Positions 49,854 through 63,260 of a stretch of 63,736 nucleotides of DNA are shown in pieces. Within the stretch, counting starts at the first letter, position 1. Every line of letters starts with the position of its first letter. The notes beneath the pieces were generated by a model. That model was not told the DNA's origin. It did not search any database and saw nothing but the letters and a program-made list of their open reading frames with translations. This DNA comes from Gracilinanus agilis (lineage: Eukaryota): the NCBI RefSeq assembly GCF_016433145.1, contig NC_058132.1, forward strand, positions 88,355,754-88,419,489, given 5' to 3'. Position numbers and translations under genes: made by a program.

Positions 49854-50850
49854 GGCAGCCAGGTGGCACAATGAATAGAGTGCCAGGCCTAGAGTCAGTA
49901 CGAATCCAGCCTTAGACACTTAATGGCTGTGTGACCCTAGGCAAGTCACTTAACCCTGTTTGTCTCAGTTCCTCATCTGTAAAATGAGTTAGATAAAGAA
50001 ATGGCAAATTACTTAGTATTTTTGCCAAGAAAAACCCAAATGGGGTTGTGGAAAGTTGGATACAAGTGAAATAATTAAACAACAAAAACAATAATAAGAT
50101 AACCTTGTCCACAAATTGATGCAACATGTCTACAGTACTCTCACATCTTTCTATTTAAAAAAAAAGAAACATAAAGAGAAATACATTTATTTTCTCTTCT
50201 CACCCATATTACAACAAAGAGGAAAAAAAGCAAACTTTTGAAACAAATGTGTACAAACAAAATAAACTTACCCAGTGGCTCTACATAAAGCTACTCCTGG
50301 AATCAGAAAGGCCTGGCTTCAAATCTGGCTTCAGATACAGCAGCTATGTGACTCTGCTCGAGTCACTTAACTCGGTTTACCTCAGTTCCTCATCTATAAA
50401 AAGAACTGGAGAAGGAAAATTGCAAATTACTTCACCATCTTTGCCAAGAAAATCTCAAATGAGGTTACAAAGAGTTGGACATGACTGAAATGACTAAACT
50501 AATTACATACATATATGTACACTATATATGTGTTTTATATGTACATGTTTTATATGTATATGTTTACTCATATGCATGCATATAAATATGGTCCATGTGA
50601 TAAATAGGTATACATGTATGTGTAAATATTTGTTGTTGTCCCAGTTGAGTTCGACTCTTCATAACCCTATTTTGAGTTTTCACAAAAAGTGAATTTTTCC
50701 ATTTCCATTTGAGTGGTTTCCATTTCCTTCTCAAACTCATTTATAGATAAGGAATTGAGGGTTAAGTGATTTGTCCAGGTTCACACAACTACTAAGTGGC
50801 TATGGCCAGATTTGAACTTGGGAAGAAGAGTCTTGCTGACTCCAGGTCTA
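49854..50850. mobile_element. Cluster of three MAR1-type SINEs (+ 49854-50088, + about 50272-50490, - about 50628-50850)
   Basis: CORE heads and RTE-like tails (CTTTGCCAAGAAAA...GAGTTGGACATGACTGAA). Confidence 0.8.
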
Positions 50851-50999
50851 GCACTCCATCCACTGCCCATGTGTATGTATTCTGCACCATAAACCATCAC
50901 TTCTCAGTAAAGGATCACATATTTCATCATTGTTTCTCTGCAGTGTTAAATGGCTATTATTATATTATAGTATATAGCCTTCAAAGTTGGTCACTTTAC

Positions 51000-51605
51000 A
51001 GTGTTGGATAAACTATTCTGGTTCTATTCAACATATTCCTAATCAGTTTCAAAAGTTTTTTTTTAATTTGTTAATTTTTATAATATGGACTCCACAATAT
51101 AAATTATTATTCTGCTTCTGTTCACTTCACTCTACATACATTAGTTCCTATACATCTTTCCATATCTTTTTGAAGTTTATCTTCATTAATTATAATGTAA
51201 TAATCTGACATAGAGCACAACTTATCTAGTCATTCCTTAATTATTGGATATCCTCTTACTTTCCATGTTGTTTTTTGCATCATAAAAAGTGCTACCACAA
51301 ATACTTTCAAATGTATAAAACTTTTTCCTCTTTCTTTGATTTCTATCGGGTATAAACCTAGCATGGAATGACTGAGGCAGGAGAAAAAAGTAAAGTTTGG
51401 CAGCTTTTTGTGTATCACTAAATCACTTCTAGAGTGGTTGTGTCCATTTATCATTTTTCTTTGTTTAGTCATCTTTGCTACCCTGATGGATGTGGTAGGA
51501 TATATTAAGATTGCTTTATTTTTCATGTCTCTAATTAGTAGGGACTTGGAACATTCATAAGGCTAAAAATAGCCTGAGTACCCTCCCTTGAGTACTGCTT
51601 GTTCA
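51000..51605 (-). mobile_element. Old L1 fragment
   Basis: Degenerate ORF2 C-terminal frame (YPTTSIRVAKMTK...LGLYPIEIK...VVALF). Confidence 0.75.
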
Positions 51606-51615
51606 TATCCTTATT

Positions 51616-51822
51616 CAGTGATGCGCAAACTTTTTAAAGAGGGGGCCAAAGGAAAGGAAATGCTCATCTGTCAGTCTGTTTCTAAGGCAATTTTTTCGAA
51701 GTTTCATTGTATTGTATCCTACTCAGTATATTCATCAGATTAAGAATAATGTCACGTAGCCAGATAGAACATTTCAGGGGGCCACATCTGGCCCTCATCA
51801 GGCTGTAGTTTGCCCATCACTG
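51616..51822 (-). mobile_element. Non-autonomous hAT MITE (~200 bp), copy 1
   Basis: TIRs CAGTGATGCGCAAAC ... GTTTGCCCATCACTG. Reverse-complement homologue of 56572-56771. Strand is given relative to copy 2. Confidence 0.85.
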
Positions 51823-52431
51823 CCTTAGACTAACAATTGAAGAATGGTTCTTTTTCTGATTACAATTTGAATCAATGATGATATTATTTGTTCTCCAGTA
51901 GGTAGAAACAAGTGACAGGATTATCATCCCTATACACAGAAGTAGTTTCCTATGTCCTAGTATCTCTCCTATTATAAAGTATTGTCTTTGAAGTCTGAAA
52001 TCACTCAACTTCTATTGAATTTGTCTTTAAAATTGACTTGAAGGTCCTTACATGCCTACCCTTCACAAAGTTGAGGTGATTACCGGAATTACTTTAAAAT
52101 GTATATATTTAGCCCTCCTGCTAGCTGATTCCCAGATCTAACCTCTTTAGAGTTGTTATTCCTTTTAAGAGCCTCCAACTATAAAGTCAAAGGAATTCTA
52201 AGCTGGTAAATACCACAATTGGCTCCAACATGAACCTGAGGAAGATTCATTTCTCCACATACCCAACAAATCTCATCCAGTATTTACCTAATGACTTCAA
52301 GTGAGGAAATGTCTACCATCTACTGGGGCTGCCCATAGCTCTTTTGTATAGCTCTTATTATTATTAATCTCTCTTTAAATCTTTAAATCAATTTTAAATT
52401 TCCCTTTGTGTAATCTCTATCTATTCTTCCT

Positions 52432-53105
52432 GGGGTGTAAGAGGTGTTCAGAAACACTAGTATCTCTGATGTGAGGAATTGCTGAGCCTTTTTTTTCAGG
52501 GCTGTTTTATTCCATTGGTATCCACTTGCCAGTCAGCTATCACCTATGACTTTGAGAAGCTATAGAAGCACAGTGGTCACATCCCAGAAACATCCTGGAT
52601 AAACCAGATTGCGGGTAACTGACAGGACTCAAACCCATTGGTGAGTTAGGGGAATTTCTACCCCAAATATGTGAAGACTTTACCTGTTTCATATAAAAAC
52701 CAGTGGAATTGCGCATTGGTTATAGGAGGGGGATAGGAGGAGGGGAGGGAAAGATCTTAAATCATGTAACCATGGAAAAAATATTCTTACTTAATCAATA
52801 AAAAAATAAATAAGACTTTCCCTGTTTGAAGAAAAGAATGAGAACAATTTGTTCCAGTAGCCATGAAGGTGGCTGAAGTAGGCTCTATGGAACACTTAGA
52901 GCTTGGTTAGACCTCAAAAATGCCAAGCCTGGTCATCATAACTCATATTGAGTTTTGTCATGCCACTGCTCTTAGATGACTCTTGGAGAGTGAGGCTGAT
53001 GACTTTGTACAGCTCTGCTACACTCAATTCCAATTTACAGACAAGTCAAGATATAGCTCTGTGACGTCATTGGTCCTCGTCAAAAATGAAAGACTAACAA
53101 CAATC
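52432..53105 (+). mobile_element. RTE-mobilised marsupial SINE (WALLSI/RTESINE-like), split by an L1 3' tail
   Basis: Motifs GGTAACTGACAGGACTCAAACCCATTGGTGAGTTAGGGG, GAGAACAATTTGTTCC and GTGAGGCTGATGACTTTG match recalled marsupial RTE-SINEs. Confidence 0.65.
52690..52811 (+). mobile_element. Short L1 3' end
   Basis: G-rich L1 3' UTR plus A-tail, with 16-bp TSD AAGACTTT(A/C)CCTGTTT (52674-52689 and 52812-52827). Confidence 0.8.
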
Positions 53106-54079
53106 CATTCTTCCTGGTTTTACCCAATGAAGTACTGTAGGACAAGCCCAATACCACTTCCCGATCATAGCCTTCAGGTATTTGGAGCCCTCATAAGTTT
53201 GAAACTGGGGATGACTTCATACTTAATACTAGTTTCTTTCTATTTTCCTAATATCTTGGCAACTGATAGTCCTTAAATCAAATGGGGCTTGTGGAGAGAT
53301 GAGGAATATTCTTTCCCTATCCTTACCCAGAAAGAAGGTGGTTTTTCACATTTAATTATTGTTGTTATTTTCTGGAATATGAAGGGGGAAAGCAACAGAA
53401 GACTATAAATAGAGGCTTATGTGACTGAGACTGCTTAAACCCTTATTCTAGTATGATTTTCTGTAGCAGGAAAAGTCTGATCCCCATTGAGCAAAGCTCT
53501 GGGACAGAGCAGAAGTCTCCTAATCATACTCCCCCAACCTTCTCTCCCTTCTCCATGTAGGTCATCTTTGTATCTAAAAACCCCTAGAAACCCCAGAAGA
53601 TGTTGGTTTCTTGCTTGTACAAAGTATGAAGGAAGAATTTTGAATGTCAAGTAAAATAAAATCTAGACTTGAATTTTGCTTGTGTAGTTGTGTGGCCTTG
53701 GGTGAGTAAATTAATCTCTTTGGGCCTTCCCTATATCATCTTCATTACCGATATTCTTTAGGTGGGGCTACATAGGAAGCATGGAATACTTTAGGCTCCA
53801 AAGAAATGAGATTGACAAAGGGTAATGGAGAAACATAAATAAGAGTAGGCTGTGGTTTATCATCAACCAAGGATCAACCAAGAAACCAGGTAAAGGATAT
53901 TATCAAAGAAAATTAAACAGGGAATGTAGTTATAGAATCAAAATGTCAAATGTGGAATGCTAATGTAGAAAAAAGCAATGGGCCATTCAGGTACTGAGGA
54001 ATGAGGAATGGAAAGGCAATGCACTTTTGGTCTCACAAAAGTCAAGGGCAACAGAGTAAAGTCTCCAGCATATTAGATG

Positions 54080-55860
54080 AATCATTCTCAAATATATTTA
54101 TCCAATCCTAACTTCTTTGCTGATTTCTAGTCTATTTCCAACTGTCTATTATATATCCCCAACTGGGTTTCTCGTAGCTAACTTATTAACAAGTCCAAAA
54201 ATGAACTTGTTTTCTTTTCCCCTAACTCTTCTACTCTTCTTAATTTCCTTACTAATGTAAGGGGTAAAAACAGGTTTTGTTTGGGTGGATATTAAAAGGT
54301 TTGGTCACCAGGGAACTGAATAATTATCAACCCCCAATTAAAGAATAACCTCAAGTCAAAATGACTTTTATGGAAGTTTATTTACTAATGAGAAGAGGAA
54401 GAGAAATAAGAAAATCAGAGAGAGGATAGGATAGGATAAGTCATCTAACACACTAAATAATTTGCTCCAGCTTTTTCAACCCAGGCAGGTCTAATTAATC
54501 CTCAGTTGGAGGAGGCTTAGCCTTGAGCTTAAGGCTGGAGGGCTGGAGGTCCGAAGAGCGGGAGATGAATGAAGCAAAAGCTTCAGTTGCAGAATCTCTT
54601 TTGAAAGGGAAATTCCTTTAGAAAGGTCCAGGAAGATTTAGTCTTTACATTCACCATGTGTAATTCCAAGGGAGAGATTAATAGCAGTCTCATTACATCC
54701 AAGGTTTCAGCCAGTGGATAGAGCTCCTTCAAGTCCTAGTCCCCCACCACATGAAGAATCGAGCAGCCAAGAGCCAAGAGGGGCCAGCCCTGGAAGTTCT
54801 TTCAATTTATCCAGGCCATTTCTTTTATCATTTCCTGTGCTTCCTCTTAGTTTACATGCCCAATCACAACAGATGCTTTTCTTAGGACTGCCCTAGGGGC
54901 AGTTGGTCAATTCTGATTTGTCACCCATTCTTGCACACCTAGGTCACAGACCTCCCCACTTGAGAGTTAAGTGGAGTTGTTTACACTTTTGGTGATTAAC
55001 ATTTGAGAATGAGCAAGGTAGATTTAATCTCATTATCACATTACTCTCTAGAGTACTTCTATCCCCCCCAGGCCCATTCCTTTGCCCCCAAATCCAATCA
55101 GTTGTCCAAAACTATTGTTTCTACTTACATAACATCTCTTTCCTATGCTCCTGTCTCCTTTCTGATATTACAAACACCCTGGTACAAGTACTCATCACTT
55201 CATACTACAACTATTATAAAATAGTGCTGTTTGGTCTTCCTGCCTCAAGTGTCTTCCCATTCCATTCTACCCTCTGCTCAGCTGTCAAAATGATCTTCCT
55301 GAAATAAAGGCCTGACCATATCATTGTCCCTATGCAATAAACTCCTTGGATCCCCATTATCTCCACAATCACATATAAAATCCCCTATTTGGTTCTTAAA
55401 GTCCCTCATAACCTGGCCTCTTCTGCCTTATCCAGTCTTCTTATACCTTATTTTCCTCTGCATACTCGGAAATGAATAGTCTTTCTTACTGATCTTCATG
55501 CAGAATACACCATTTCCTAATTCCAAGCATTTATGTTGGCTCTCTCTTATGACTGGAACTCTCTCTCATCTCTGACTACTAGCTTCCATGGTTTCCTTTA
55601 AGTTTCAGCTAAAATTTTTTCTTGGGTTCTCCTTAACTTCTGTGCTTTCCCACTGAGGTCGTCCTGTGAAAATCTTATTTGTACATAGTTGTTTACATAC
55701 TATTTTCCCCATTAGTCTGTGCCTGAACCCCAATATCTGGAATGCTATTCCTTCTCTGCTCCAAATACTGACCTCTCTGACCTTTTTTGTCTCAACTAAA
55801 ATCTCACCTTCTTCAGGAAGCCTTTCCTAAACCCTCTTATTTCTATTGCTTTCCCTATGT
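54080..55860 (+). mobile_element. L2 fragment interrupted by a solo LTR and continuing 3'
   Basis: L2 sequence is colinear on both sides of 54256-55040. Confidence 0.7.
54256..55040 (-). mobile_element. Solo LTR inserted into an L2 fragment
   Basis: TG...CA termini and minus-strand AATAAAC near the left end. L2 sequence resumes on both sides, with TTACT repeated at both junctions. Confidence 0.75.
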
Positions 55861-55911
55861 TAATTATCCCATTTATAAATTGCTTTGTATATATTCCTTT
55901 TTTTTTCTTTT

Positions 55912-56086
55912 CTTTTTTTTTAAACTCTTAATTTCTGTGTATTGGCTCCTTGGCAGAAGAGTGGTAAGGGTAGGAAATGGGGGTCAAGTGACTTGCCCAG
56001 GGTCACACAGCTGGGAAGTGTCTGAGGTCAGATTTGAACCTAGGACCTTCCATCTCTAGGCCTGACTCTCAATCCACTGAGCCCCC
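55912..56086 (-). mobile_element. SINE-1_MD
   Basis: Reverse copy homologous to 4400-4581. Confidence 0.9.
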
Positions 56087-56571
56087 TGTATATATATTCC
56101 TATACATGTTGCTGCCTACCCCATTCCCCAATTAGATTATAAATTCTCTAAGAGTAGAGACCATTTTTTTTGCCTCTTTTTTATCTCCGGGACTTAACAC
56201 AAAGCTCATAATGGGTGCTTAAAGTTTATTACTTGATTGGTTGTCAGTTGATGTCTTCAGTGTCCTTTTAAAAGTAACCTAAGACACTCAGTTCCACATA
56301 ATCCTTTTCAAAATTCCCATTGAACTGAGTGTGTGGTTGGGAATATTAAACATGGACATCATTGAGTGAAGCAATTTTGTTAAAATTTTTTCTAAGAAGC
56401 ACTTACTCAAAGATGTTTTAATAAAATTCAACTTTCTGAGTTTTATAAATAAAAATGGATAGGATGAGAGAAGTTTTCTGGTAGAGATTTCAGTAGTCTT
56501 ACCTTTTTATGTTAATTATTCCATTTTATTTCCATAATCACAGTGTATAGAATACTAGTCTTGGATTAGGA

Positions 56572-56771
56572 TAGTGATGGGCAAACTACAGCCTGAGGGC
56601 CAGATGCAGCCCCCTGAATTCTATCTGGCTCTGAGACTTTATTCCTAATCTGACGAATACAATGAGTAGGATACAATACAATGAAATTTAGAGAGAGTTG
56701 CCTTAGAAGCAGACTGACAGATGAGCAATTCCTTTCCTTTGGCTCCTCTTTAAAAAATTTGCCCATCACTG
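56572..56771 (+). mobile_element. Non-autonomous hAT MITE (200 bp), copy 2
   Basis: TIRs TAGTGATGGGCAAA ... TTTGCCCATCACTG with a perfect 8-bp TSD GATTAGGA (56564-56571 and 56772-56779). Confidence 0.9.
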
Positions 56772-58130
56772 GATTAGGAGAAACTCATTTTCCAGTCTTC
56801 AAATCTGTGTAACCTTAGGCAAGTCACTTAACCTTGTTTGTCTTAGTTTCTTAATCTGTCAAATGACTTGGAGAAGAAAATGACAAATCACTCCAATTTC
56901 TTTGCCAAGAAAATGCCAAATGGGCTCCCAAAGAGTCCGGTGCAGCCTATGGAGCACTTCTCAGAATAATGTTTTTAAAATGAGCAAAATAAAATATATA
57001 GGGCTATCAAGGAATTCAATTATGTTGAAATATGATTATAAAATATTAAAAAAAAACAAGTTAGGAATCTCACAAAATGGGATTGGATAGTAGAAAAGGG
57101 AAGGCTGAGAATTTTTTGTTGACTTTCTCTGCTAACAAGTAGGGTTAATTTAGCTTTCAGGAAAATCAGCTCCCTTTGATTTACTCTGTTTGACTGGTGA
57201 TCTAAGGATAGTGTTACCTGTGGTCAAAGTACAAAGTATACTTCCTAGATGATTATTTAATTATGAATCAACCTGAATCTCTATAGGTGGCAGAAACTGG
57301 GGAAAATGAGCCAGGTGTGAACTGTTTCTTGCTGCAGTTACATCACTCAGTGTACACCTCACTCACATCAACTGTCATGGCACTAACTTGTAAGACAGTG
57401 GGATGAGTGGGCATTGTTGCTCCAGGGCTTCATGTTTCTTCTAACCACTGCTTTCCCATAAAGTGTATAGTACAAGGCTATCTTGGGAAAAAATAAGAAA
57501 AAGATCCAGTGTTCTATGAGGGTACTATTGGTAGTCTGTCCATCGAAACCTCCTGAGGGCATGAAAACCTTTCCATGCCTGAAAAAGATAAATTTCTAGT
57601 GCGTGAGAGCGATGTCCTTATAGTGGTTGCTAGTTAGTGAAGTGGACAGAACACAAAGCTTGGAGCCAGAAATACCTGAATTCATATCTGACCTCAAATA
57701 CCAATTGTATGACCTTGGTTGAGATATTTAGCCTCTGTCTGCCTCAGTTTCCTCATCTGTAAAATGGAGATAATAATAACACAGGGTGGTTATGAAGATC
57801 AAATGAGATAAAGATCTAATGCCTGGCATGTGATAGACACTAAAAAAGTTTGTTTTCATCCTTGTTTCTTTCTTTCCAATTAGTCCTGATGCCAATGTCC
57901 CAGGATGCCTTCAAAGGGCAGGCAGAAACTATGAGTGACTATGCTAAGATAGCAGCTAATAACACATTCCCCCACCTTCTTTGATGCACCTACTTGATGC
58001 CTGAATTACACTGAAAACACTTGCAATAAATCTGTCTTACTAACGGATATGATTGTTCTTCATGTCTTACTTCCAAAGAATGCTCAAACTCACTGTGTTC
58101 ATATAGCTGAGCTGAGGGCAGACCTATACC

Positions 58131-58610
58131 TGTGGCATATTGGACCTTAGCTACATGGCTGGGTCACTTAAGGAGAATCTGACTGCCCATTCACCCCATT
58201 ATACAACCAGGAACATGTGTGCAAGTACCACTTCCAGGCATCTTGCCATATTCCTTGGACGCTGGGACTTTTCTTGCTGGGATCATATTTTATCAGACTT
58301 GGACCCCAAGTACATCCTTATCAGAATACTCCCAAAAAGACATCTTTGGATGCCTGGTCCTATCATATATGCTTTTATTCATTTTTCCCTATAAAAGAGG
58401 GGCTCTTCGTGTAGGATGATTATGGGGATCCATATGTCTCTTAGCCATCACAGACTACTCATTTCCCATTTGTAATCCATTTAGAATGAACCTCTTTCTT
58501 TTTTTTTTTTTTTTTTTTTACTACCCTATCTTGTCTGGTCTCATTCTTTGGAAATCTTTTGGGCTTATGGGGAAGCTATTCTGTCAAGTTCCTCCTGTTA
58601 TCAACTAACA
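58131..58610 (+). mobile_element. Probable solo LTR with clustered GATA motifs
   Basis: Starts TG, has TATAAAA at 58390-58396 and an AATGAACCTC poly(A)-like site, and ends near CA. Boundaries uncertain. Confidence 0.45.
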
Positions 58611-59167
58611 CCACCCATTGACCACAATACATAATGATAGATGAAAAATGCATTAGAAAATTGCAAAATAAAACCTTAATAGGAAGCACTTGGGAAAATG
58701 GGCATTATGACTAAAGTCACTGCAGAGGACCATGGGACTTGGAAACAGGATACCCTGAGCTTGAGTACATGCTTTGACACTTCAGTTATCATTTAACGCA
58801 TAAGTACATCTAGGTAAGTCACAATAGCAGTCTTCTAGAAGAAAATGAGACAAGTAGGATGCAGATGAAATGGAAGGAAGGCTAGAGTAGGAAATTCCAG
58901 GCAGTGCATATGATGATAATGATGATGATTAACATTTATATATTACATTAAGCATCATATATTTAGCATTGTATATAATATGTTAAGTATTTACATATGC
59001 TATCTCATTTGATCCTCACAGTGGCCCTAGGAAGTAGGTCCTACTATTATTCTGATTTTGCCAATTAGGAAACCGAGGCAGAAAGGGGTGAAAGGACTTG
59101 CCCAGGGTCACACATTTAATAAGTCTCTGTGATTGAATATGAAGTCAGGTTTTTCTGAGTCCCGGAA

Positions 59168-59400
59168 GCTAGGTGGTACAGAGGGATAAAATGCTGGGTC
59201 TGGAGTCAAGAAGTCTCATGTTTCTGAATTCAAATCTGGCTTCAGACACTTACTAGCTGTGTTACCCTAGACAAACTGCCTCAGTTTCTTCATCTATAAA
59301 ATGAGTTGGAGAAGGAAAGGGGAAATCACTCTAGTATCTTTGTCAAGAAAACAGACCCTAAATTGGGTTGGGCACACTAAAAAATGACTGAACAACTGAA
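59168..59400 (+). mobile_element. MAR1-type SINE
   Basis: CORE head and GGAGAAGGAAAGGGGAAATCACTC tail. Confidence 0.8.
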
Positions 59401-61611
59401 TTTCCTGGGCCCAGGTCCCATTCTCTATCAATTATGGTGCCTGGTTGCCTACTTATGAATATCATGAGTAAGCTCATGTAGCACACACACACACAAATAT
59501 ATATGTATCTCTATCTAATCCATCTACTTACGTGGGCTTCACATGGTGGAAATATAGAGAGGAATGGTTGCAATTTAAGATTCATGACAGTTGAGTAATA
59601 GAAAACAAGATTGGATTCAGAGTAGGAATAGACTGTGAAGAACTTGAAATTCTAGACTGATTTGGAGCATTTTGAAGCATTTTGAAATTAAGATTTTGAG
59701 CAGATGCAGGAACATTTCACATTTTCTTAGTGCTTTCAAGTTTGCAAAGCTCTTTCTTCATAGCAATTATCTAAGGAAGGTAAAACAAGCATTATCTTCA
59801 CTTTTCAGAAGGGGTAATCAGAACTTAGAGAGATAAAATAAATTCTTAAAAGTATAGCTGGAAAGATTGGAGCTATAATTTGAATGCAGTTGCCCTAAAC
59901 CCAAGTCTAAGACTTTGCCCTATAGCAGAGTGCCTCTCTTTGCTCTAGGGAAGTTAATCTAAGAACTGAGTGATTAATTCTACTCTAATCCTTCCCTTTT
60001 CCACAGGAAAGAGGTTTGCAGATGCTCAACATGTGTCTCAAAGGGTCCAGATCCTTATAGATTATGAAAAAGGCTCTTGGGAAGGGAAGTTAAGGAAAGA
60101 TTGCCCAAGAGCTGTGTCTTGGAAGAGGAAAGGGCTCTAGGGAGCCAGTTTATAGTACAAATACCCTGCTGTCAGTTGAGATTCCAGGCAGAATCAGAGT
60201 CATCAGCCTACAAGTTCAGTGTTTAGCCAGGTCACAGTGATCTCCCACTCCAATCTCAGTATTTCAGCAGAGCCTTTGGTGAGCTGGGGGCAATAGAACT
60301 TCAGAAGAAGTGAAGGAGTTTCAGGGGTGATTTTCTTTCCTTTAAGTCTGAAAAAGGAAGTGATATGGATTGGAGAAGTCCTTTATCTGGAATTAATGAC
60401 TTTAGAAAGTAAGTACCCAACAAAGAGGATCACAGGACCCATGGGGACATAGCTATTTGTTCTTTTCCATCTCCGTGACTCAGTTTCCTCATCTCTATAG
60501 AATATATTGGATGTACTAATTTTTAAATTTCCTTCCAAATTTCCAAATTCTCTAACAATGAGCTTTTTATCCACTAACCTCCAAGAGATATCAGGGAATT
60601 GCATTTTCAAGTAATTTCCTAGTTAAGAATATGCTGCCTTGGATGGTTGAGTTTGTCTTATCTTCTGTTATGGGGCTAAGAAGCCATGTTTGAAATCCAA
60701 GACTTTTGAAGGGAATGGATGGAATGGAGGGAAGAGTGAGGTCCCTGTGGACTGTGAAAGAGTTAGGATTTTTTGTCTCCTAAATACCATTCTCATCCCC
60801 TATTTTTCTATCCTTGTTTCCTCTCTTATTCCCTTCTAATCTTTCCCTTATCCCCTAGAAATTTTCTCCCCAGAATCATCTCCCATGACCATACTCAGGA
60901 TCCTAGACATAATAAGGCTCTGAGGAACAAAGGAACAAAACTCAAGGAGTGATTTTTATAAAAGATGAGGCTCAGTTTGTGACACTCTATCTCAAAATGC
61001 CTATGCATCTTCTAGTGTGAGAAGTATAATGACAACATCTTAGGGCTGATCCAAAGTCATTAGGTCTGTAAAGATCAGAATCTTAGAGAGGTGGGACAGA
61101 ACTGATCAGAGAAGGTCATTAATATCCAATTTGGGTTTTTGGGAGGGAGCAGGGTTGAAGAAGCTATGACTAAAAGACTTTGATTAAGTTTTTTTCCTGC
61201 TCTGTGCATCAGTTTCCCAATTAAAAAACAAACGAAAAAACAACAAACAACTAAGATGTTGAGTGTAATATTTTTGACCTTTTTTTAGTCTTTTATTTTT
61301 TTTTTTTTGCCTGAAGAGTAAAAGGGTAGGTATCAGTGGAAAGAGATCTAGTGTTAGAGTCAAAGACCTGGCTTAAATTTCAAATTCTTACTTAATTTCT
61401 CTGTGGTTTTAGGAGAATATTTAATCTCCCTTGAGTTGCAAATTGGTTTTTTTTCTCTATGGAAATGACATAACACATGCCCCACTTACTCCAAAATGAT
61501 GTGGAATGTAAATGTTAAGATGAAAAACAAAATATTATTGGCAAGCTCATATATTTTGTGCTCACTCTTGGGTTAGTGGGTGATTCTCATTAGAGTTGCT
61601 ACTATGAAGAT

Positions 61612-61632
61612 ATATATACAAATATATGTGTG

Positions 61633-61665
<33 letters not shown>

Positions 61666-61677
61666 GTGATATATATA
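61612..61677. repeat. (TA)n-rich low-complexity repeat
   Basis: Direct reading. Confidence 0.9.
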
Positions 61678-62579
61678 AGGAGGCTGAGGTGAAAAAGGAA
61701 AATGGTAGGCAAAAGGAGAAGAGATGATTTAGGGTTCATTGTGAGCATTCAGAAAGGGAATATGGAAAGTTTTGCTATAAAACTCTATCTTTAGAATGAA
61801 GGTTGCTAAGATTTACAAAGCATTTTCAATTTGTTAGGATTAAATTTTTCCAGAGACTGGATATTAATTTACATATTTATTCATTTACTTTTTTATTTAT
61901 TATATTGTGAAAACAAATTGGAGAGAGTAAAGGCACATTATCATGTGCCTAGCTAATCTCAGTTCACTGCTCATTTCGAGTCTCAGTTTATTTAATCTGC
62001 TTCCTATCCAAGAGAGTGTAAACTTCCTTGATCCATAATTTATAATCCCGGTGATGTTACTCTTTCTGGGTCTCTCTGGTTAGACAGAATTGATTAAGTC
62101 TGAATCAGAGGTTAGTCTTCTGGATGCCAGGAGTCATGTGGGACAAAAGGCAAGCTCTCCTGCACTCCAGGCAGCCATGTGTCCTCTGGCATCTTCCCAC
62201 AGTATTTATGCACGCCTGATCAAAGGGTAGAGATGAGACCAAGATGGATTTTCAAAACTTTCCTTCCTAAAAGGAAAGGGGTACAAATTTATGTTAAACT
62301 CACACAAAATATTATCTCATTTTATCCTCAAGACAACCCTAGAGTTTAGAAGTTATCATTATCTCCATTTTATAAAAGAAGAGACTGAGGCAGACAGGGG
62401 AAAATGACTTACCCAGGGTCTTGAAGCTAGTAAGTATTTGAGGCTGGGTTGGAACTCAAATTTTGCTGCCTCTGGGTCTAGTGCTCTCCCCACTGACCAC
62501 CTAATTGAATCTCATTCTTGAAGGATCATTTTCATTGTGTGGTATCCAGGTTCTCCAAAACTCCAGGGATGCCAGGTAG

Positions 62580-63260
62580 CTAAAGCTTTGGATGAGATGA
62601 AATTTAATGGGATAAATGTAGCATCCTATACCAAATCAATTTTACAAGCCAGGAAACATTTGTCTAAAAGCAAGTTAATCTGAAAAAAAGTTCTCGAGTT
62701 TTTGAAATATGAAAACCTCAGTATGGGACCACAGAGGGATTTGGACATTGAAAAAGCTAATAAATACCAAGAGAGGTTTAGCATCCAGGAATGAGGAGGA
62801 GGTGATAATCCACCACCTGAGTCAGGTCATATCTGTAGCAGATTGATCAGTCATAGAGTTATCAGAGAAGGACAACTGATGCTGGAAGGCATTGAAATCA
62901 TGCCATATGAAGATCAGTCAGAAGACTGGAGATGGATGGCCTATAGAAAAGTTAGGGGAGATAAGGTAGCTATCCAGAAACTACTGAAGGGATATCATGA
63001 AGACTGTTCTACTTGCCAAGAGATGGTAGAAATAGTGGCAATATGTTGCAAATCCTAAGATGCATATTTAAATTTTATACAAGGGGAAAGATAATAACTT
63101 GTTAAGTAGAGTTGTCTCAAAGATAATGAGGTCCTTGGGAAATTGTAGTCTTTAAGGCAAGTCAAAATGCCTTTAAGGCAAATCTGGATGGTAATGTAGA
63201 AAGAATCTTCTCCCACCTCCATAAGGTGGTTTATGATTTACCTTCTAGCTCTTTAAATGG
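62580..63260 (+). mobile_element. L3/CR1 3' fragment
   Basis: GATGAAATTTAATGGGATAAATG, GAAATCATGCCATATGAAGATCAG and CCTTCTAGCTCT tail. Confidence 0.7.

Noticed and set aside
57896-57935. GTCCCAGGATGCCTTCAAAGGGCAGGCAG loosely like part of human HS2
   Set aside because: The defining tandem NF-E2/AP-1 sites and the GATA site are absent, and the similarity is within chance.
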